From assembly GCF_055900595.2 (NCBI RefSeq), contig NZ_CM148325.1: DNA of 64,000 nucleotides, one strand, 5' to 3'. Each line of letters opens with the position of its first letter. Position 1 is the first letter of the stretch. This document shows, piece by piece, positions 44,430-57,212 of the stretch. Under the pieces are notes generated by a model. It made no database searches. It was not told the DNA's origin and worked only from the letters and a program-made list of their open reading frames with translations. The position numbers and the translations under genes are program-made.

Positions 44430-44545
44430 AGCCTGCCTCGTGCACAAAATGCCGGATGCGGCGTGAGCGCCTTACCCGGCCTACAAAATCTTGCTAATAC
44501 AAAATGTTGCATTATTGGCTGTAGGCCTGATAAGCGCTGCGCATC
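44430..44545. repeat. REP/BIME extragenic palindromic repeat cluster
   Basis: GCCGGATGCGGCGTGAGCGCCTTACCCGGCCTACA and inverted partner ...TGTAGGCCTGATAAGCGCTGCGCATCAGGC in the convergent yaeF-nlpE gap. Confidence 0.8.
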
Positions 44546-44580
44546 AGGCAATTTTTCGTTTGTTTCTGTCTCACGATGGC

Positions 44581-45291
44581 TTACTGCCCCAAACTACTGC
44601 AATCCTGGTGCGGGTAAAATTTACCTGCCGTATCGGGCGCAAATACTTTGGTCGGCGCACCAGTATCCGGATTAGCCTCAAGCGTAAAGTGACCTTCTAC
44701 TGACAGTAACACTGGTTTCTCGCTGTTGCCGCGGGCAGCCAAATAGCCCCGTTCCAGCTCAGCGTTATTCGCTACCATGAAACGTTTTCCGGTCGCACAA
44801 TCAGTAAAGGTTGCCGCATCAGCCATATAAAAATACATGCCGCGTAGAGTCATCGGCGTCACTGGCAGGCTGGATTTTGCCGGTTCCAGTGTATAGTTGA
44901 ACTGCGATTCGATCGGATTGCCTTCACGATCGAGCATCTCCAGCGCATCTCCTTTCGCCCGATAATATGACTTTTCACCTTTACTGTCGGTTAATACCAG
45001 TTTGTCAGCGGTTCGCGCCCATGTACCGTAGGAGGCGAAAGAGGAAGGTTCTTCACGAGCCCCCAGATAACGCTCATTCATCACCCAGGTTCCATCTTTT
45101 TCGAGGAACAGAGAGGTTTCGATGCCTTCGCAATCAGCACACGGCAGCACGCCGCGCCAGCTTTGCGGCATCGGCTTCAGTTCAGCGGCCTGCGCCGGAG
45201 AAAGCGTATCGACTTCGGCTCGATTATTACATCCCATCAGAGTAAAGAGGCTGATTACAGCCATCGCTGTCACTATCGCTTTTTTCACCAT
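44581..45291 (-). CDS. nlpE: Envelope stress sensor lipoprotein NlpE (CutF)
   Basis: 236-aa ORF with lipoprotein signal peptide (LMGC) and CxxC motif; recognised as NlpE. Confidence 0.92.
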   Translation of the reverse strand: MVKKAIVTAMAVISLFTLMGCNNRAEVDTLSPAQAAELKPMPQSWRGVLPCADCEGIETSLFLEKDGTWVMNERYLGAREEPSSFASYGTWARTADKLVLTDSKGEKSYYRAKGDALEMLDREGNPIESQFNYTLEPAKSSLPVTPMTLRGMYFYMADAATFTDCATGKRFMVANNAELERGYLAARGNSEKPVLLSVEGHFTLEANPDTGAPTKVFAPDTAGKFYPHQDCSSLGQ

Positions 45292-45304
45292 CCATTCCTT
45301 CTTT

Positions 45305-45727
45305 TTATTCCCGACCGCCGCGCACTTTGCCGCGCAACGCCTTCACGCTTGATTTTTGTGCTTTCGATACCAGCCTGCGCTCTTTTGATGCGCGGGTAGG
45401 TCGTGTCGGTCGTCGGGCTTTTTGTTCTGTTGTTAATTCTTTAATCACTGCCACCAGCCGAGCCAGCGCCGCTTCGCGGTTCAGTTCCTGGCTGCGGTAT
45501 TCCTGTGCCTTGATGACTATCACTCCATCGCTGCTAATCAGATGATGGCTGGCAGCGAGCAGGCGCTCTTTGTAATACTCTGGCAGGCTGGACGCTCGAA
45601 TGTCAAAACGCAGATGAATAGCCGTTGAGGTCTTATTCACATGCTGTCCGCCCGCGCCCTGTGCACGAATAGCAGTGATCTCAAACTCACCATCGGGGAT
45701 AGCAACATGTCGGGAAATCATAATCAT
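45305..45727 (-). CDS. arfB: Peptidyl-tRNA hydrolase ArfB (YaeJ), ribosome rescue factor
   Basis: 140-aa ORF with GGQ motif ([12 protein letters not shown]) and basic C-terminal tail. Confidence 0.93.
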   Translation of the reverse strand: MIMISRHVAIPDGEFEITAIRAQGAGGQHVNKTSTAIHLRFDIRASSLPEYYKERLLAASHHLISSDGVIVIKAQEYRSQELNREAALARLVAVIKELTTEQKARRPTRPTRASKERRLVSKAQKSSVKALRGKVRGGRE

Positions 45728-46269
45728 GAAGGTTGTTGCCAGGCGATTAAGTTTACTTCCAGATTATTCTTATCATCCGATAACCAAATCACCCCATCCT
45801 GAATCGTTGCCTGCAGCGTCATGGTACGATCGGCAAAGGCGCTCACTTTTGCCAGTTGCTCGTCGTCCAGATACCAGACAGAAAGATTGGCAAACTGCGC
45901 ACATTTGCTCTGATTTTGCTGCCACCAGATTTGCGCCGCCCGACTATTATAGGCAAACAGCGCCACTTCTGCGGCCTGGGTGCAGGCTTTCTTAATCCGC
46001 CGCTCATCCGGCAATCCCAGTTCAATCCACAAATCAATGCCCAGATGATCATTACGCAGCCACGCTTCCGGCTCATCATCGGCACACAAACCTCGGGTAA
46101 ATTGCAGACGTTCATCAGCATATTTCAGCCACGCCAGCAAGCGCAGCATCATGCGCTCCTGGGTTTCTGAAGGATGGCGCGCCAGCGTCAGAGAGGCATC
46201 GAGAAACTGGTTGCGGTCGAGATCGGCCACATTAACCGTCGCTTTATAAATTGTCGCTTTAAGCGCCAT
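45724..46269 (-). CDS. yaeQ: YaeQ family protein
   Basis: 181-aa ORF overlapping the arfB start; conserved neighbourhood. Confidence 0.88.
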   Translation of the reverse strand: MALKATIYKATVNVADLDRNQFLDASLTLARHPSETQERMMLRLLAWLKYADERLQFTRGLCADDEPEAWLRNDHLGIDLWIELGLPDERRIKKACTQAAEVALFAYNSRAAQIWWQQNQSKCAQFANLSVWYLDDEQLAKVSAFADRTMTLQATIQDGVIWLSDDKNNLEVNLIAWQQPS

Positions 46270-46434
46270 AAGAAAACTCCTTTCGAATCAGGAGGCCATT
46301 GTAACGGAATACGTGCAGTTGCGACGCTGATATTGCAGAAATGAGTGTGGTATAGTCACCTTGCGAAACAGAGTTTATCTTCGTAGGCTTAGACTTGCAT
46401 CCACGGTTAAGTCAGAGTGCTGACAGGAGGGCAT

Positions 46435-46635
46435 GTGGAAAAATATTGTGAGTTAATACGCAAGCGGTACGCGGAAATCGCCAGCGGAGACTTAGGATAC
46501 GTTCCGGACGCGCTGGGCTGCGTTTTGAAAGTGCTGAATGAAATGGCTGCCGACGATGCCCTTTCTGAGGCTGTCAGGGAAAAAGCAGCATACGCTGCGG
46601 CAAACTTACTGGTGAGCGATTATGTCAATGAATGA
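46435..46635 (+). CDS. yaeP: UPF0253 protein YaeP
   Basis: GTG start preceded by AGGAGG, giving (M)[21 protein letters not shown]..., 66 aa; overlaps the rof start. Confidence 0.8.
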
Positions 46636-46882
46636 TACGTATCAACCAATCAATTGTGATGATTACGATAATCTTGAGCTCGCCTGCCAGCATCATTTAA
46701 TGCTGACACTTGAGCTGAAAGATGGCGAAAAACTGCAGGGGAAGGCCAGCGATTTAGTCTCCCGCAAAAATGTGGAATATCTGGTCGTTGAAGCTGCTGG
46801 CGAAACACGCGAGCTACGCCTGGATAAAATTACCAGCTTTAGCCACCCGGAAATTGGTACGGTGGTGGTGAGCGAGTCCTGA
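46628..46882 (+). CDS. rof: Rho-binding antiterminator Rof (YaeO)
   Basis: Internal ATG gives [23 protein letters not shown]... (84 aa), recognised as Rof. Confidence 0.88.
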
Positions 46883-46934
46883 TTGACTTTCGCCGGATGC
46901 GACGTTTGATGCGTCTTATCCGGCTTTCACTTAA

Positions 46935-48230
46935 CTAAGTGTTTCGCCGCCAGACAAAACTTACGCCATTCTCACCTTCAGCCACACCTTCTTGCGTCAC
47001 AAATACCTCTGCCGCTGCAATCAGCGTTTCGCCATAAAACAGCAGTGGCGTGGTGTCACGCAACCACGGCGGTACGCCCAGTTCCTGCCAGATTTTCTTT
47101 AACTTACGCCCACCATTGCGCCCGACAATATGCAGCAATCCTGGCGCTTTGAAACGCACGCTGACCGCTTCGTCTGCACGCGGAGGGCGAATATCGCCTC
47201 CCGCAGTAAGCTGTACACTTCCCAGCGCCGCCGGTAATTCCAGCGGTTGTAACCACGTCTGCCACGGCACAATGGTTTCGCTTTGCCCAGTGACGGATTT
47301 AATCCACCACAGTTGCGATTGATAGCGGCGGATTTCAAACGCCCCCAAACGTAAACAGGGGGAAGCATCTTCTCGCGCCAGCGCCACTTCCTGCCAGATC
47401 CTCACCAACGCGTCGCGGGAAGGCATCGGTGCATTCTGCCCTGCCAGCCAGCGGCGGATAATCGCCGCGCGACGGGCATCACTCATCGCCAGCATTGGCG
47501 CAATCTGCAGCGTCCCCTGCGGCGTTTGACAGTGTGCTAAATCATCTGCCAGCAGTTCATCCAGCAGGCTCTCTTGCTCAGCACAAAGTGCGGCGCTGCG
47601 GGCCGTTGCTTCGGCAAAATGCGGCCAACGCTGCTGCAATAACGGCACTACGCGTAGGCGCAGGAAGTTACGATCGTATGAGTCGTCCTGATTACTTTCG
47701 TCTTCAATCCAACGTAAACCATGCGCCAACGCCCACTGCTCCAGTTCTCCCCGTGTGCGGGCGAGCAACGGTCGGATCAGCCGCGTTCCGGCAAACTCCG
47801 AGACTTCCGCCATAGCCGAAAGCCCTGCAGGGCCGCTACCACGTTTTAACGCCAGCAGAAACGTTTCACATTGATCGTCGAGATGTTGCGCTGTAACCAG
47901 CACTTCACCAGGTAACAGGGTACGAGCAAATGCCTGATAACGTGCCTGCCGCGCCTGAGCCTCAATACCTAGCCCCTCTTGCGCAAGTTGCACACGCTCA
48001 ACCACCAGCGGCACCTGCCACTGGTGGCAGATGTTCTCGCAATGCATAACCCAGGCATCGGCATTGGCACTTAAACCGTGATGCACATGAATCGCGCGCA
48101 GGGTGACGCCCGGATTTTCCGTCCGCCACTGCACCAACTGATGCAGCAGAACGGTGGAGTCAAGCCCGCCGCTAAAGGCCACCAGAATCTGGCGTGAGAT
48201 GAGAAGTTGTCTATTGAGAGTGAGTGTCAT
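46935..48230 (-). CDS. tilS: tRNA(Ile)-lysidine synthetase
   Basis: 431-aa ORF with PP-loop motif SGGLDS near the N-terminus. Confidence 0.93.
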   Translation of the reverse strand: MTLTLNRQLLISRQILVAFSGGLDSTVLLHQLVQWRTENPGVTLRAIHVHHGLSANADAWVMHCENICHQWQVPLVVERVQLAQEGLGIEAQARQARYQAFARTLLPGEVLVTAQHLDDQCETFLLALKRGSGPAGLSAMAEVSEFAGTRLIRPLLARTRGELEQWALAHGLRWIEDESNQDDSYDRNFLRLRVVPLLQQRWPHFAEATARSAALCAEQESLLDELLADDLAHCQTPQGTLQIAPMLAMSDARRAAIIRRWLAGQNAPMPSRDALVRIWQEVALAREDASPCLRLGAFEIRRYQSQLWWIKSVTGQSETIVPWQTWLQPLELPAALGSVQLTAGGDIRPPRADEAVSVRFKAPGLLHIVGRNGGRKLKKIWQELGVPPWLRDTTPLLFYGETLIAAAEVFVTQEGVAEGENGVSFVWRRNT

Positions 48231-48294
48231 GATGGTGCGATTTTACAGTAGCAATGCCCGGCACGTTACCGGGCAAATATGGCGATGACAAGCC

Positions 48295-48684
48295 TTACTG
48301 CTCATACAGTTCCAACGGCAGTCCGTCCGGATCGTTAAAGAATGTGAAGCGCTTTTGCGTGTAGGGATCGACACGTATGGCTTCACATTTCACGTTATGG
48401 CTTTCAAGGTGCGCCACTGCCGCATCGATATCATCAACGCTAAAAGCCAGATGACGCAGGCCGCAAGCTTCCGGTCGGCTGGGGCGCTCCGGCGGGAACG
48501 GAAATGAGAAAAGCTCAATCACATATTGCCCATTAAGCGCCAAATCCCCTTTCCACGAATCGCGCGCTTCGCGATAGACTTCGCTTTGCAGCGTGAAACC
48601 GAGAATATCGCAGTAGAAAGCTTTGCTCACCGCATAATCCGTCGCAATAATCGCAATATGATGAACTTGTTTTAAACCCAGCAT
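48295..48684 (-). CDS. yaeR: Glyoxalase/VOC-family protein YaeR
   Basis: ORF 48295-48711 trimmed to MLGLKQVHHIAIIATDY... (129 aa). Confidence 0.85.
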   Translation of the reverse strand: MLGLKQVHHIAIIATDYAVSKAFYCDILGFTLQSEVYREARDSWKGDLALNGQYVIELFSFPFPPERPSRPEACGLRHLAFSVDDIDAAVAHLESHNVKCEAIRVDPYTQKRFTFFNDPDGLPLELYEQ

Positions 48685-48740
48685 AACGTCTCCTTTATTT
48701 GTTAACAGCACGTTACTCGCCCGGAAGCCGCTCTGGCAAG

Positions 48741-50882
48741 TTATCCCGCCATTTTTAGGACTCGTACGCGGTAAACGCCATCTTCGTCCTGTTTCGCGCC
48801 GTGAATATCCGTTTCCAAGCCGGGGTAGCGCTGGCCCACTGAACAGAGCATCAGCAGAAAATCGAGTACCGTGCGGCTCTTCTCGGTCAGCATTTCTCCT
48901 GGCATCAGTAGCGGTACGCCAGGCGGATAAGGCAGGATCATATTTGCCGATACTCTACCGACCAGTTGTTCCAGCGCAATGGTTTCTACTTCACCTTTAA
49001 TCTGTCGTTGCCAGGCCTGATGTGGCGTCATGATCATCTCCGGCAAAGTATCAAATGCCCGCAACATCAAACCGGGAAGATCGTGTTTACGAATCAGCTT
49101 ATGTATCCCTTGCGCGAGATCCTGAATACGCATATTGCGATAAAAATCGGGATCTTCTGCATAGAGATCGGGCAGCATATTTTTGATCCGCAGGTTGAGA
49201 TCGTAAGAGCGCTTAAATTCCGTCAACCCACGCAATAATCCCATTGCTTTGGTTTTATCGATGCCAATACTAAAGAGAAACAGCAGGTTATAAGGGCCGG
49301 TTTTCTCTACTACGATCCCACGTTCGTCGAGGAATTTTGCCACCAGCGCCGCCGGGATCCCCTCATCGCTCATATTGCCCTGCTCGTCCATCCCCGGTGT
49401 CAAAATAGTGACTTTAACCGGATCGAGAAACATATGATCGGCATCCGCATCGTTAAAGCCGTGCCACTTTTCGCCAGGCGCAACGGGCCAGCATTCGGCT
49501 TCATCCACCTGCGGCGGTTGCCAGATATCGAAAAACCAGCCGTCAGACTCTTCCCGCAGCCGCTGGACCTCTTTGCGAAAATGCAGCGCTCGTTCTACTG
49601 AACGGTTAATCAGCCGTTTGCCCGGATTACCACGCAGCATCGCCGCCGCTGTCTCAACCGAAGCAACAATGGGATAACTGGGCGAAGTGGTGGTATGCAT
49701 CATAAAGGCTTCATTAAACGCCTCTTCGTCGTACTCACCTTTAATGTGGATCAGTGATGCCTGCGACAACGCCGCCAGCATTTTGTGGGTCGATTGCGTT
49801 TCGAAGAAAACTTTTCCTGCCACCCGATCGCCACTCATACCACTTTTGCCCTGATAGATCGGATGAAAATGAGTATACGGGACCCAGGCGGAATCGAAGT
49901 GGATCGAGGGGACATCCAGCGTCTGTTTGATCCAGTCGGTGTTGTAGAGCAAGCCATCATAGGTTGAGTTGGTGATCACCGCATGAACCGGCCATTGTGC
50001 CTGCGTGGTAGCAGCGACTTTCTCTTCGATACTGTCGCGGGTAAATTCTCGTCGCGGGATCCCACCCAGAATCCCCAACGCATTACGTGTTGGTTTTAGC
50101 CAGACCGGCACTACATCGTTCATCATCAACAGATGCGCCAGCGATTTATGACAATTGCGGTCAATTAACAGCGTACTGCCGGATGGCGCGGCGTACATAC
50201 CCACAATTTTGTTCGACGTCGATGTTCCGTTGGTGACAATATAACTCTGTTCCGCGCCGAAAGTCCGTGCGATGTACTCTTCCGCTTCCAGATGTGGCCC
50301 GGTGTGGTCGAGCAACGAACCTAGCTCGGTGACCGAAATAGAGACGTCAGCCTTGAGGGTATTCCCGCCGAAAAAATCATAAAACAGACAGCCAACCGGG
50401 CTTTTTTGATAGGCGGTGCCGCCCATATGCCCCGGCGTACAAAAGGTGTACTTCCGCTCTTTGACATAAGTAAACAAGGCTTTAGTGAATGGCGGGGTAA
50501 TGTTATCGAGATATTCGTTGGTGTACTGACGAATACGAATGGCGATATCTTCTGCCTGCCCCAGCGCATATTCAAAGAACCAGAGCGCCATCCGCATATC
50601 CTGCACGCTGACATCCATCGTCGAGTGAGTATTGATGAAGGCATAAAGCGGGAGATATTCATTAAGTTGATTGATATCGCTACATAAATCGAGACTGTAT
50701 TCATCCCAGTCAAAAATCACGCCGCATATTCGTGGGTTGTGTTCGATAAATTTCAGCAAATCAACGCTGTTTTGTGGCCAGATAATCTGAAAACCTTGCG
50801 CCACCAGCGCCGACTCCAGTTCTTTGATGGGCTCATCTTTATAAAAGACGCCATGCGGTCCCATAATGGCAATGATATTCAT
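48741..50882 (-). CDS. ldcC: Lysine decarboxylase, constitutive
   Basis: 713-aa ORF of the Orn/Lys/Arg decarboxylase family (PLP-lysine region FETQSTHKMLAALSQAS); chromosomal context next to accA identifies ldcC rather than cadA. Confidence 0.93.
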   Translation of the reverse strand: MNIIAIMGPHGVFYKDEPIKELESALVAQGFQIIWPQNSVDLLKFIEHNPRICGVIFDWDEYSLDLCSDINQLNEYLPLYAFINTHSTMDVSVQDMRMALWFFEYALGQAEDIAIRIRQYTNEYLDNITPPFTKALFTYVKERKYTFCTPGHMGGTAYQKSPVGCLFYDFFGGNTLKADVSISVTELGSLLDHTGPHLEAEEYIARTFGAEQSYIVTNGTSTSNKIVGMYAAPSGSTLLIDRNCHKSLAHLLMMNDVVPVWLKPTRNALGILGGIPRREFTRDSIEEKVAATTQAQWPVHAVITNSTYDGLLYNTDWIKQTLDVPSIHFDSAWVPYTHFHPIYQGKSGMSGDRVAGKVFFETQSTHKMLAALSQASLIHIKGEYDEEAFNEAFMMHTTTSPSYPIVASVETAAAMLRGNPGKRLINRSVERALHFRKEVQRLREESDGWFFDIWQPPQVDEAECWPVAPGEKWHGFNDADADHMFLDPVKVTILTPGMDEQGNMSDEGIPAALVAKFLDERGIVVEKTGPYNLLFLFSIGIDKTKAMGLLRGLTEFKRSYDLNLRIKNMLPDLYAEDPDFYRNMRIQDLAQGIHKLIRKHDLPGLMLRAFDTLPEMIMTPHQAWQRQIKGEVETIALEQLVGRVSANMILPYPPGVPLLMPGEMLTEKSRTVLDFLLMLCSVGQRYPGLETDIHGAKQDEDGVYRVRVLKMAG

Positions 50883-50979
50883 GTGTTCCTCCTGGAAAAT
50901 CCTTCCTTAATCATAGCCCGCTCAAACCATGGCGATAAAAAAGGGCCACCGAAGTGACCCTTTTCAGAACATTTGCTGA

Positions 50980-51939
50980 TTACGCGTAGCCGTAGCTCAT
51001 CAGGCGCTGATAACGACGATTTTTTAAATCTTCAGTGCTTAACACGTCGAGATCGGCCAGATCCGCCAGCAGTTGCGCTTTCAGAGACGCCGCCATCGCT
51101 TCCGGGTTACGGTGAGCGCCGCCCAGCGGTTCCGGGATGATGGAGTCGATCAGTTTCAGTTCTTTCAAACGCGGAGCGATGATCCCCATCGCTTCAGCCG
51201 CCAGCGGTGCTTTGTCGGCGCTCTTCCACAGAATGGACGCGCAACCTTCCGGCGAAATAACGGAATAGGTGCTGTATTGCAGCATATTCACTTTATCGCC
51301 CACGCCAATCGCCAGTGCGCCGCCAGAACCACCTTCACCGATAACGGTGCAAATAGTCGGTACGCTAAGGCGAGACATTTCACGCAGGTTGCGTGCAATG
51401 GCTTCAGACTGACCGCGTTCTTCTGCGCCCACGCCCGGATAAGCCCCCGGGGTGTCGATAAAGGTGATGATTGGCATCTTAAAGCGTTCAGCCATTTGCA
51501 TCAGACGCAGTGCTTTGCGGTAACCTTCTGGCGCTGGCATACCAAAGTTACGGCGAATTTTTTCTTTGGTTTCACGACCTTTTTGATGACCAATGATCAT
51601 CACCGGACGACCATCGAGACGGGCGATACCACCGACGATAGCTTTATCGTCTGCATACGCGCGGTCGCCAGCCAGTTCGTCAAATTCATCAAAGGCCAGG
51701 CGAACGTAATCCAGGGTATAAGGACGCTGTGGATGGCGTGCCAGTTGCGCAATCTGCCATGCACCGAGATCGGCGAAGATTTTACGCGTCAGTTCTACGC
51801 TTTTTTCACGCAGACGATGCACTTCTTCATCGATGTTAATATCCAGTTTCTCATCCTGGCGGCTAACCGCAGTCAGAGAATCGATTTTCGCTTCCAGCTC
51901 TGCAATCGGCTGTTCAAAATCAAGGAAATTCAGACTCAT
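50980..51939 (-). CDS. accA: Acetyl-CoA carboxylase carboxyltransferase alpha subunit
   Basis: 319-aa ORF recognised as AccA ([22 protein letters not shown]...). Confidence 0.96.
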
Positions 51940-51951
51940 AGTATTCCTGTA

Positions 51952-54900
51952 TTAGTCAAACTCCAGTTCCACCTGCTCCGAACCAATGAGGCCACGGAGA
52001 TCGTTTAATAAACGATCGCTCGGAGAAACACGCCACGTCGCGCCAAAACGCAACCGCGCGCGTGCATCCGCCCTCTGATAGTAGAGATGTACTGGAATTG
52101 TCCCAGAGCGGTGGGGTTCCAGAGACTGACGGAGTCGGTTTAAAAGCTGGTCATCAATTTGCCTGTCCGTCAGCGAGATAGCAAGCCCGCGAGCATATTT
52201 TTCCCGGGCTTCGTCAATATCCATCACTTCGCGAGCGGTCATTTTAAGCCCACCGCTGAAGTCATCAAAGCTGACCTGTCCGCTGACGATAAGTATGCGG
52301 TCTTTTTCCAGCAATTGCTGGTATTTATCCAGGGCGTCAGTAAACAACATCACTTCCAGCCGCCCGGAACGGTCATCCAGCGTGCAGATACCGATACGAT
52401 TGCCGCGCTTGGTGACCATAACCCGCGCAGCAACAACGAGCCCCGCAGCCGTGGTGACTTTACCACGTTCTGTCGGGTGCATGTCTTTCAGCCTTACGCC
52501 TCCGACATAACGCTCAATCTCTTTTAAATACTGGTTGATAGGGTGTCCCGTCAGATACAGACCTAACGTTTCACGTTCCCCATCTAACACCACCTGCTCC
52601 GGCCACGGTTGGCAACTGGCGTAGGATTGTTCAATTTGTTCCGGCTCTTCTGCCAGCACGCCGAACATATCAGCCTGACCGATGGCTTCTGCTTTCGCGT
52701 GTTGATCAGCCGCCTTTAACGCATCGCCCAGCGAGTTCATCAGCGCCGCGCGGTGTGGCCCAAGACGGTCAAACGCCCCGGACATGATCAGTTTTTCCAG
52801 CACTCGCCGGTTTAACTTTTTGGTGTCTGTACGGGCGCAGAGATCAAACAGTTCACGGAAATAGCCGCCTTTATTACGGGCTTCGATGATCGCCTCAATC
52901 GGACCTTCACCTACCCCTTTGATCGCGCCAATACCATACACGATTTCGCCGTCGTCGTTGACGTGGAAATGGTAAAGACCGGAGTTTATATCTGGTGGCA
53001 GGATTTTCAGCCCCATCCGCCAGCACTCATCCACCAGGCCTACCACCTTCTCGGTGTTGTCCATATCTGCGGTCATTACTGCCGCCATAAACTCCGCTGG
53101 ATAGTGCGCTTTCAGCCATAACGTTTGATATGAAACCAAAGCATAGGCCGCGGAGTGCGATTTGTTAAATCCGTACCCAGCGAATTTCTCCACCAGGTCG
53201 AAGATTTTCATCGCCAGTTCGGCGTTGATCCCGTTCTTTTCTGCGCCTTCAGCAAATACAGAACGCTGCTTGGCCATCTCTTCCGGCTTTTTCTTACCCA
53301 TCGCACGACGCAGCATATCCGCGCCACCGAGGGTATAACCAGAAAGCACCTGGGCAATCTGCATGACCTGTTCCTGATACAGGATGATGCCGTAGGTTGG
53401 CTCCAGTACCGGTTTCAGGCTTTCATGCTGCCACTGCACATCCGGATAGGAGATCTCTTCGCGACCATGTTTACGGTCGATAAAGTTATCCACCATCCCT
53501 GATTGCAACGGACCAGGGCGGAACAGTGCCACCAGTGCGATCATATCTTCGAAGCAGTCAGGTTGCAGACGCTTGATCAGGTCCTTCATGCCGCGCGATT
53601 CAAGCTGGAATACCGCAGTGGTTTCCGAGCGTTGCAGCATGTCGAAGCTTTTCTTGTCATCCAGCGGGATCGCGGCGATATCCAGCGGCGGCTCGCCATT
53701 CTTCGCCCGCCGCTTGTTGATCATCTCCAGCGCCCAGTTGATGATGGTGAGCGTACGCAAACCAAGGAAGTCGAACTTCACCAGTCCGGCGTATTCAACG
53801 TCGCTTTTATCAAACTGGGTGACCGGATGTTTGCCCTCTTCATCGCAGTAAAGCGGCGCAAAATCAGTAATTTTGGTCGGCGCGATAACCACCCCACCGG
53901 CGTGCTTACCGGCGTTACGGGTGACCCCTTCAAGTTTGCGCGCCATGTCGATCAGCGCCTTAACTTCTTCGTCCGCTTCGTAGATTTCCGGCAGTTGCGG
54001 CTCGGCTTCAAACGCTTTCGCCAGCGTCATCCCCGGATCTGGCGGGATCAGTTTCGAGATACGATCGACAAAGCCGTACGGATGCCCCAGCACACGGCCT
54101 ACGTCGCGGATCACCGCTTTTGCCGCCATTGTACCGAAGGTGATGATCTGCGATACCGCATCACGGCCGTACATATCTGCCACGTGTTCGATAACCTGGT
54201 CGCGTTTTTCCATACAGAAGTCAACGTCGAAGTCAGGCATGGAGACACGTTCCGGGTTAAGGAAACGTTCGAACAGCAGGTCAAATTCCAACGGATCGAG
54301 GTCGGTGATTTTTAACGCGTAAGCCACCAGTGACCCTGCACCAGAACCACGGCCTGGCCCTACCGGTACGCCGTTATCTTTCGACCACTGGATAAATTCC
54401 ATAACGATGAGGAAGTAACCCGGGAAGCCCATCTGGTTGATAACCTGAAGTTCAGTATCCAGACGTTCGTCATACTCCGGGCGACGCTTAAGACGTTCTT
54501 CCTCGTCAGGGAATAAAAACGCCAGACGCTCTTCCAGGCCTTCTTTTGCACGCTTGACCAGATAATCTTCGGTGCTCATGTCCCCGGTCGGGAACTGCGG
54601 CAGGAAGTATTCACCGAGACGCACAGTCACGTTACAGCGTTTGGCGATCTCAACAGTGTTGGCAAGGGCTTCGGGGATGTCGGCAAACAGCTCGCACATC
54701 TCCTCTTCGCTGCGCATATATTGCTGCGGCGAATAATTACGCGGGCGTTTGGGATCGTCGAGAGTAAAGCCGTCATGGATCGCGACACGGATTTCGTGCG
54801 CGTCAAAGTCGCTGCTGTCGATAAAGCGCACGTCATTGGTCGCCACGACGGGCAAACCGCGCGCTTCCGCCAGCTCCACTGCCGCGTGCAGATAACTTTC

Positions 54901-55434
54901 TTCGTCCGGCCTGCCGGTGCGGATCAGCTCGAGAAAATAGCGATCCGGGAAGTGCTCTTCATAAAACGCAACGCACTCATCTACCAGCGCGCTGTTACCA
55001 CGCAAAAGACTGCGCCCGACGTCGCCCATGCGCCCGCCGGAAAGGAGGATCAGCCCTTCGTTTAATTCGATAAGCCAGTCGCGATCGATGATAGGCCCAG
55101 CGGCACCGTACCCGCGCTGATACGCTTTTGAGATCAGCAACGTCAGATTCTGATAGCCGGTATTGTTCGCCGCCAGCACCGTCAGGTGGGTTAACTCATC
55201 ACCCAGCAGGTCGCACTGGACATTAAAATCTGCCCCGACGATGGGCTTAATCCCTGCGCCATGTCCCGCTCCGTAGAACTTCACCAGACCGCAAAGGTTG
55301 GTGAAATCGGTGATCGCCAGTGCTGGCATACCCAACGCCGCCGCCTTTTTTACCAGCGGCGCGGTTTTGGCCAGGCCATCGATCATCGAGTAGTCGCTGT
55401 GCACCCGCAGGTGTACGAAACGTGGTTCAGACAT
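51952..55434 (-). CDS. dnaE: DNA polymerase III alpha subunit
   Basis: 1160-aa ORF with N-terminal PHP domain ([14 protein letters not shown]...) and polymerase core. Confidence 0.97.
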   Translation of the reverse strand: MSEPRFVHLRVHSDYSMIDGLAKTAPLVKKAAALGMPALAITDFTNLCGLVKFYGAGHGAGIKPIVGADFNVQCDLLGDELTHLTVLAANNTGYQNLTLLISKAYQRGYGAAGPIIDRDWLIELNEGLILLSGGRMGDVGRSLLRGNSALVDECVAFYEEHFPDRYFLELIRTGRPDEESYLHAAVELAEARGLPVVATNDVRFIDSSDFDAHEIRVAIHDGFTLDDPKRPRNYSPQQYMRSEEEMCELFADIPEALANTVEIAKRCNVTVRLGEYFLPQFPTGDMSTEDYLVKRAKEGLEERLAFLFPDEEERLKRRPEYDERLDTELQVINQMGFPGYFLIVMEFIQWSKDNGVPVGPGRGSGAGSLVAYALKITDLDPLEFDLLFERFLNPERVSMPDFDVDFCMEKRDQVIEHVADMYGRDAVSQIITFGTMAAKAVIRDVGRVLGHPYGFVDRISKLIPPDPGMTLAKAFEAEPQLPEIYEADEEVKALIDMARKLEGVTRNAGKHAGGVVIAPTKITDFAPLYCDEEGKHPVTQFDKSDVEYAGLVKFDFLGLRTLTIINWALEMINKRRAKNGEPPLDIAAIPLDDKKSFDMLQRSETTAVFQLESRGMKDLIKRLQPDCFEDMIALVALFRPGPLQSGMVDNFIDRKHGREEISYPDVQWQHESLKPVLEPTYGIILYQEQVMQIAQVLSGYTLGGADMLRRAMGKKKPEEMAKQRSVFAEGAEKNGINAELAMKIFDLVEKFAGYGFNKSHSAAYALVSYQTLWLKAHYPAEFMAAVMTADMDNTEKVVGLVDECWRMGLKILPPDINSGLYHFHVNDDGEIVYGIGAIKGVGEGPIEAIIEARNKGGYFRELFDLCARTDTKKLNRRVLEKLIMSGAFDRLGPHRAALMNSLGDALKAADQHAKAEAIGQADMFGVLAEEPEQIEQSYASCQPWPEQVVLDGERETLGLYLTGHPINQYLKEIERYVGGVRLKDMHPTERGKVTTAAGLVVAARVMVTKRGNRIGICTLDDRSGRLEVMLFTDALDKYQQLLEKDRILIVSGQVSFDDFSGGLKMTAREVMDIDEAREKYARGLAISLTDRQIDDQLLNRLRQSLEPHRSGTIPVHLYYQRADARARLRFGATWRVSPSDRLLNDLRGLIGSEQVELEFD

Positions 55435-55470
55435 CTTCAGATTCCGGTTTACTTAATCTCGACACAAGAA

Positions 55471-56067
55471 TCAGGACGCAAGTCCCAGTGCGCGTTTGAC
55501 AGGCCCAAAGCTGCGACGATGATGTTCAGTCGCGCCATATTCAGCCAGTTTTTCCAGATGAAAAGCGGTTGGATACCCTTTGTGCTGGGCAAAACCATAT
55601 TGCGGGAAAACAATATCCAGCGCCGCCATTTCAGCGTCGCGCGTCACTTTCGCCAGGATAGACGCAGCACTGATTTCCGGCACACGACTGTCGCCTTTCA
55701 CCACTGCCATCGCAGGCATCGGTAATTTTGGGCAGCGGTTACCATCAATCAACACATATTCTGGCGCAATATGCAGCCCCGCGACGGCGCGCTGCATCGC
55801 CAGCATGGTCGCATGAAGAATGTTCAGTTCGTCGATTTCGTGGGGTTCCGCGCGGCCCAGACTCCAGCTCAACGCTTTCTCTTTGATCTCTTCACAGAGC
55901 GCCAGACGGCGTTTTTCGCTCAGCTTTTTGGAATCATTCAGCCCGGCAATTGGGCGCGCCGGGTCAAGGATCACCGCAGCGGTAACCACCGCGCCAACTA
56001 ACGGCCCGCGTCCGACTTCATCCACACCCGCAACCAGATGCGTGTGCGGATAAACAAATTCGATCAT
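55471..56067 (-). CDS. rnhB: Ribonuclease HII
   Basis: 198-aa ORF with motif [12 protein letters not shown]; overlaps the lpxB stop. Confidence 0.95.
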   Translation of the reverse strand: MIEFVYPHTHLVAGVDEVGRGPLVGAVVTAAVILDPARPIAGLNDSKKLSEKRRLALCEEIKEKALSWSLGRAEPHEIDELNILHATMLAMQRAVAGLHIAPEYVLIDGNRCPKLPMPAMAVVKGDSRVPEISAASILAKVTRDAEMAALDIVFPQYGFAQHKGYPTAFHLEKLAEYGATEHHRRSFGPVKRALGLAS

Positions 56068-57212
56068 TGTGTTAACTCCAGAACGGCTTGTGCCGCCTGC
56101 TCATCGGCATTGCAGCGGATCTGCTGATGCAGTTCACGGAAGGTATCGTGCATCGCGTGACTGGTTTTCCCATTCGCCAACAGCGGTAACAGCGCCGCAG
56201 CCAGTTTTTGCGGCTCACACTCTTCCTGCAATAACTCTTTGACTAACTCTCTGCCCGCCAGCAAATTTGGCAGCGAGACATACTCGGTTTTCACCAGCCG
56301 CTTCGCCAGCCAGAAGGTAAAAGGCTTCATGCGATATCCCACCACCATCGGGCATTTCGCCAGCATGCACTCCAGGGCTGCCGTACCCGACGCCAGTAGC
56401 GCCGCATCACTGGCGACCATCGCCTCACGGCCCCTCCCATCCAGCAGATGAACAGCAAGGTCCGGTGCGACTTCAGCTTTGATACGCTCAAACTGCTCGC
56501 GGCGTTTGGCATTCACCAGCGGCACCACGATCTCGAGATCGGGATATGTCTGACGCAAAAGCTGAGCCGTTTTCAGGAAATCGGCACTAAGCATCTCCAC
56601 TTCCGCACCACGGCTTCCCGGCAGCAATGCAAGACAGTGAGCATCGTGAGGGATCCCCAGCACATCACGCGCGGCGTTTTTATCTGGATCTAACGGCATG
56701 GCATCAGCCATGGTGTGACCGATAAAACGGCACGGCACGTTGTATTTGTCATAAAACGCTTTTTCGAAAGGCAGAAATGCGAGCACCAGATCGGTGGCTC
56801 TGCCTATTTTGAAAACGCGTTTCTGTCGCCACGCCCAGACGGACGGACTGACGTAATGAATGGTTTTGATACCCTGCTTTTTAAGATTACCTTCGAGGGT
56901 AATATTGAAGTCAGGTGCATCAATGCCGACAAAAACATCTGGCTTCAGTTCGCCAAAACGCTTTGTCAGATCGGCACGAATATGCAGTAAGCGACGCAGA
57001 CGCCCGAGCACTTCAACAATGCCCATCACCGCCAGCTCTTCCATTTCGTACCAGGCTTCGCAGCCTTCAGCCTGCATTCGTGGCCCGGCAACACCAACAA
57101 AGCGGGCGTTGGGCACACGTTCTTTCAGAGCGCGGATTAAACCGGCCCCCAGGATATCGCCGGAGGTTTCTCCGGCGACCAGGGCAATCGTTAATGGACG
57201 CTGTTCAGTCAT
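56064..57212 (-). CDS. lpxB: Lipid-A-disaccharide synthase
   Basis: 382-aa ORF recognised as LpxB; coupled to lpxA. Confidence 0.95.
   Translation of the reverse strand: MTEQRPLTIALVAGETSGDILGAGLIRALKERVPNARFVGVAGPRMQAEGCEAWYEMEELAVMGIVEVLGRLRRLLHIRADLTKRFGELKPDVFVGIDAPDFNITLEGNLKKQGIKTIHYVSPSVWAWRQKRVFKIGRATDLVLAFLPFEKAFYDKYNVPCRFIGHTMADAMPLDPDKNAARDVLGIPHDAHCLALLPGSRGAEVEMLSADFLKTAQLLRQTYPDLEIVVPLVNAKRREQFERIKAEVAPDLAVHLLDGRGREAMVASDAALLASGTAALECMLAKCPMVVGYRMKPFTFWLAKRLVKTEYVSLPNLLAGRELVKELLQEECEPQKLAAALLPLLANGKTSHAMHDTFRELHQQIRCNADEQAAQAVLELTQ

Noticed and set aside
48741-50882. Assignment of the lysine decarboxylase as inducible cadA
   Set aside because: The flanking genes accA and yaeR-tilS match the ldcC locus, not the cadBA operon.
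51073-54315. Long plus-strand ORFs (311 aa at 51073-52008; 270 aa at 53503-54315; others) opposite accA and dnaE
   Set aside because: Antisense shadow ORFs within well-recognised accA and dnaE coding sequence; Arg/His-rich composition characteristic of reverse-frame translation.
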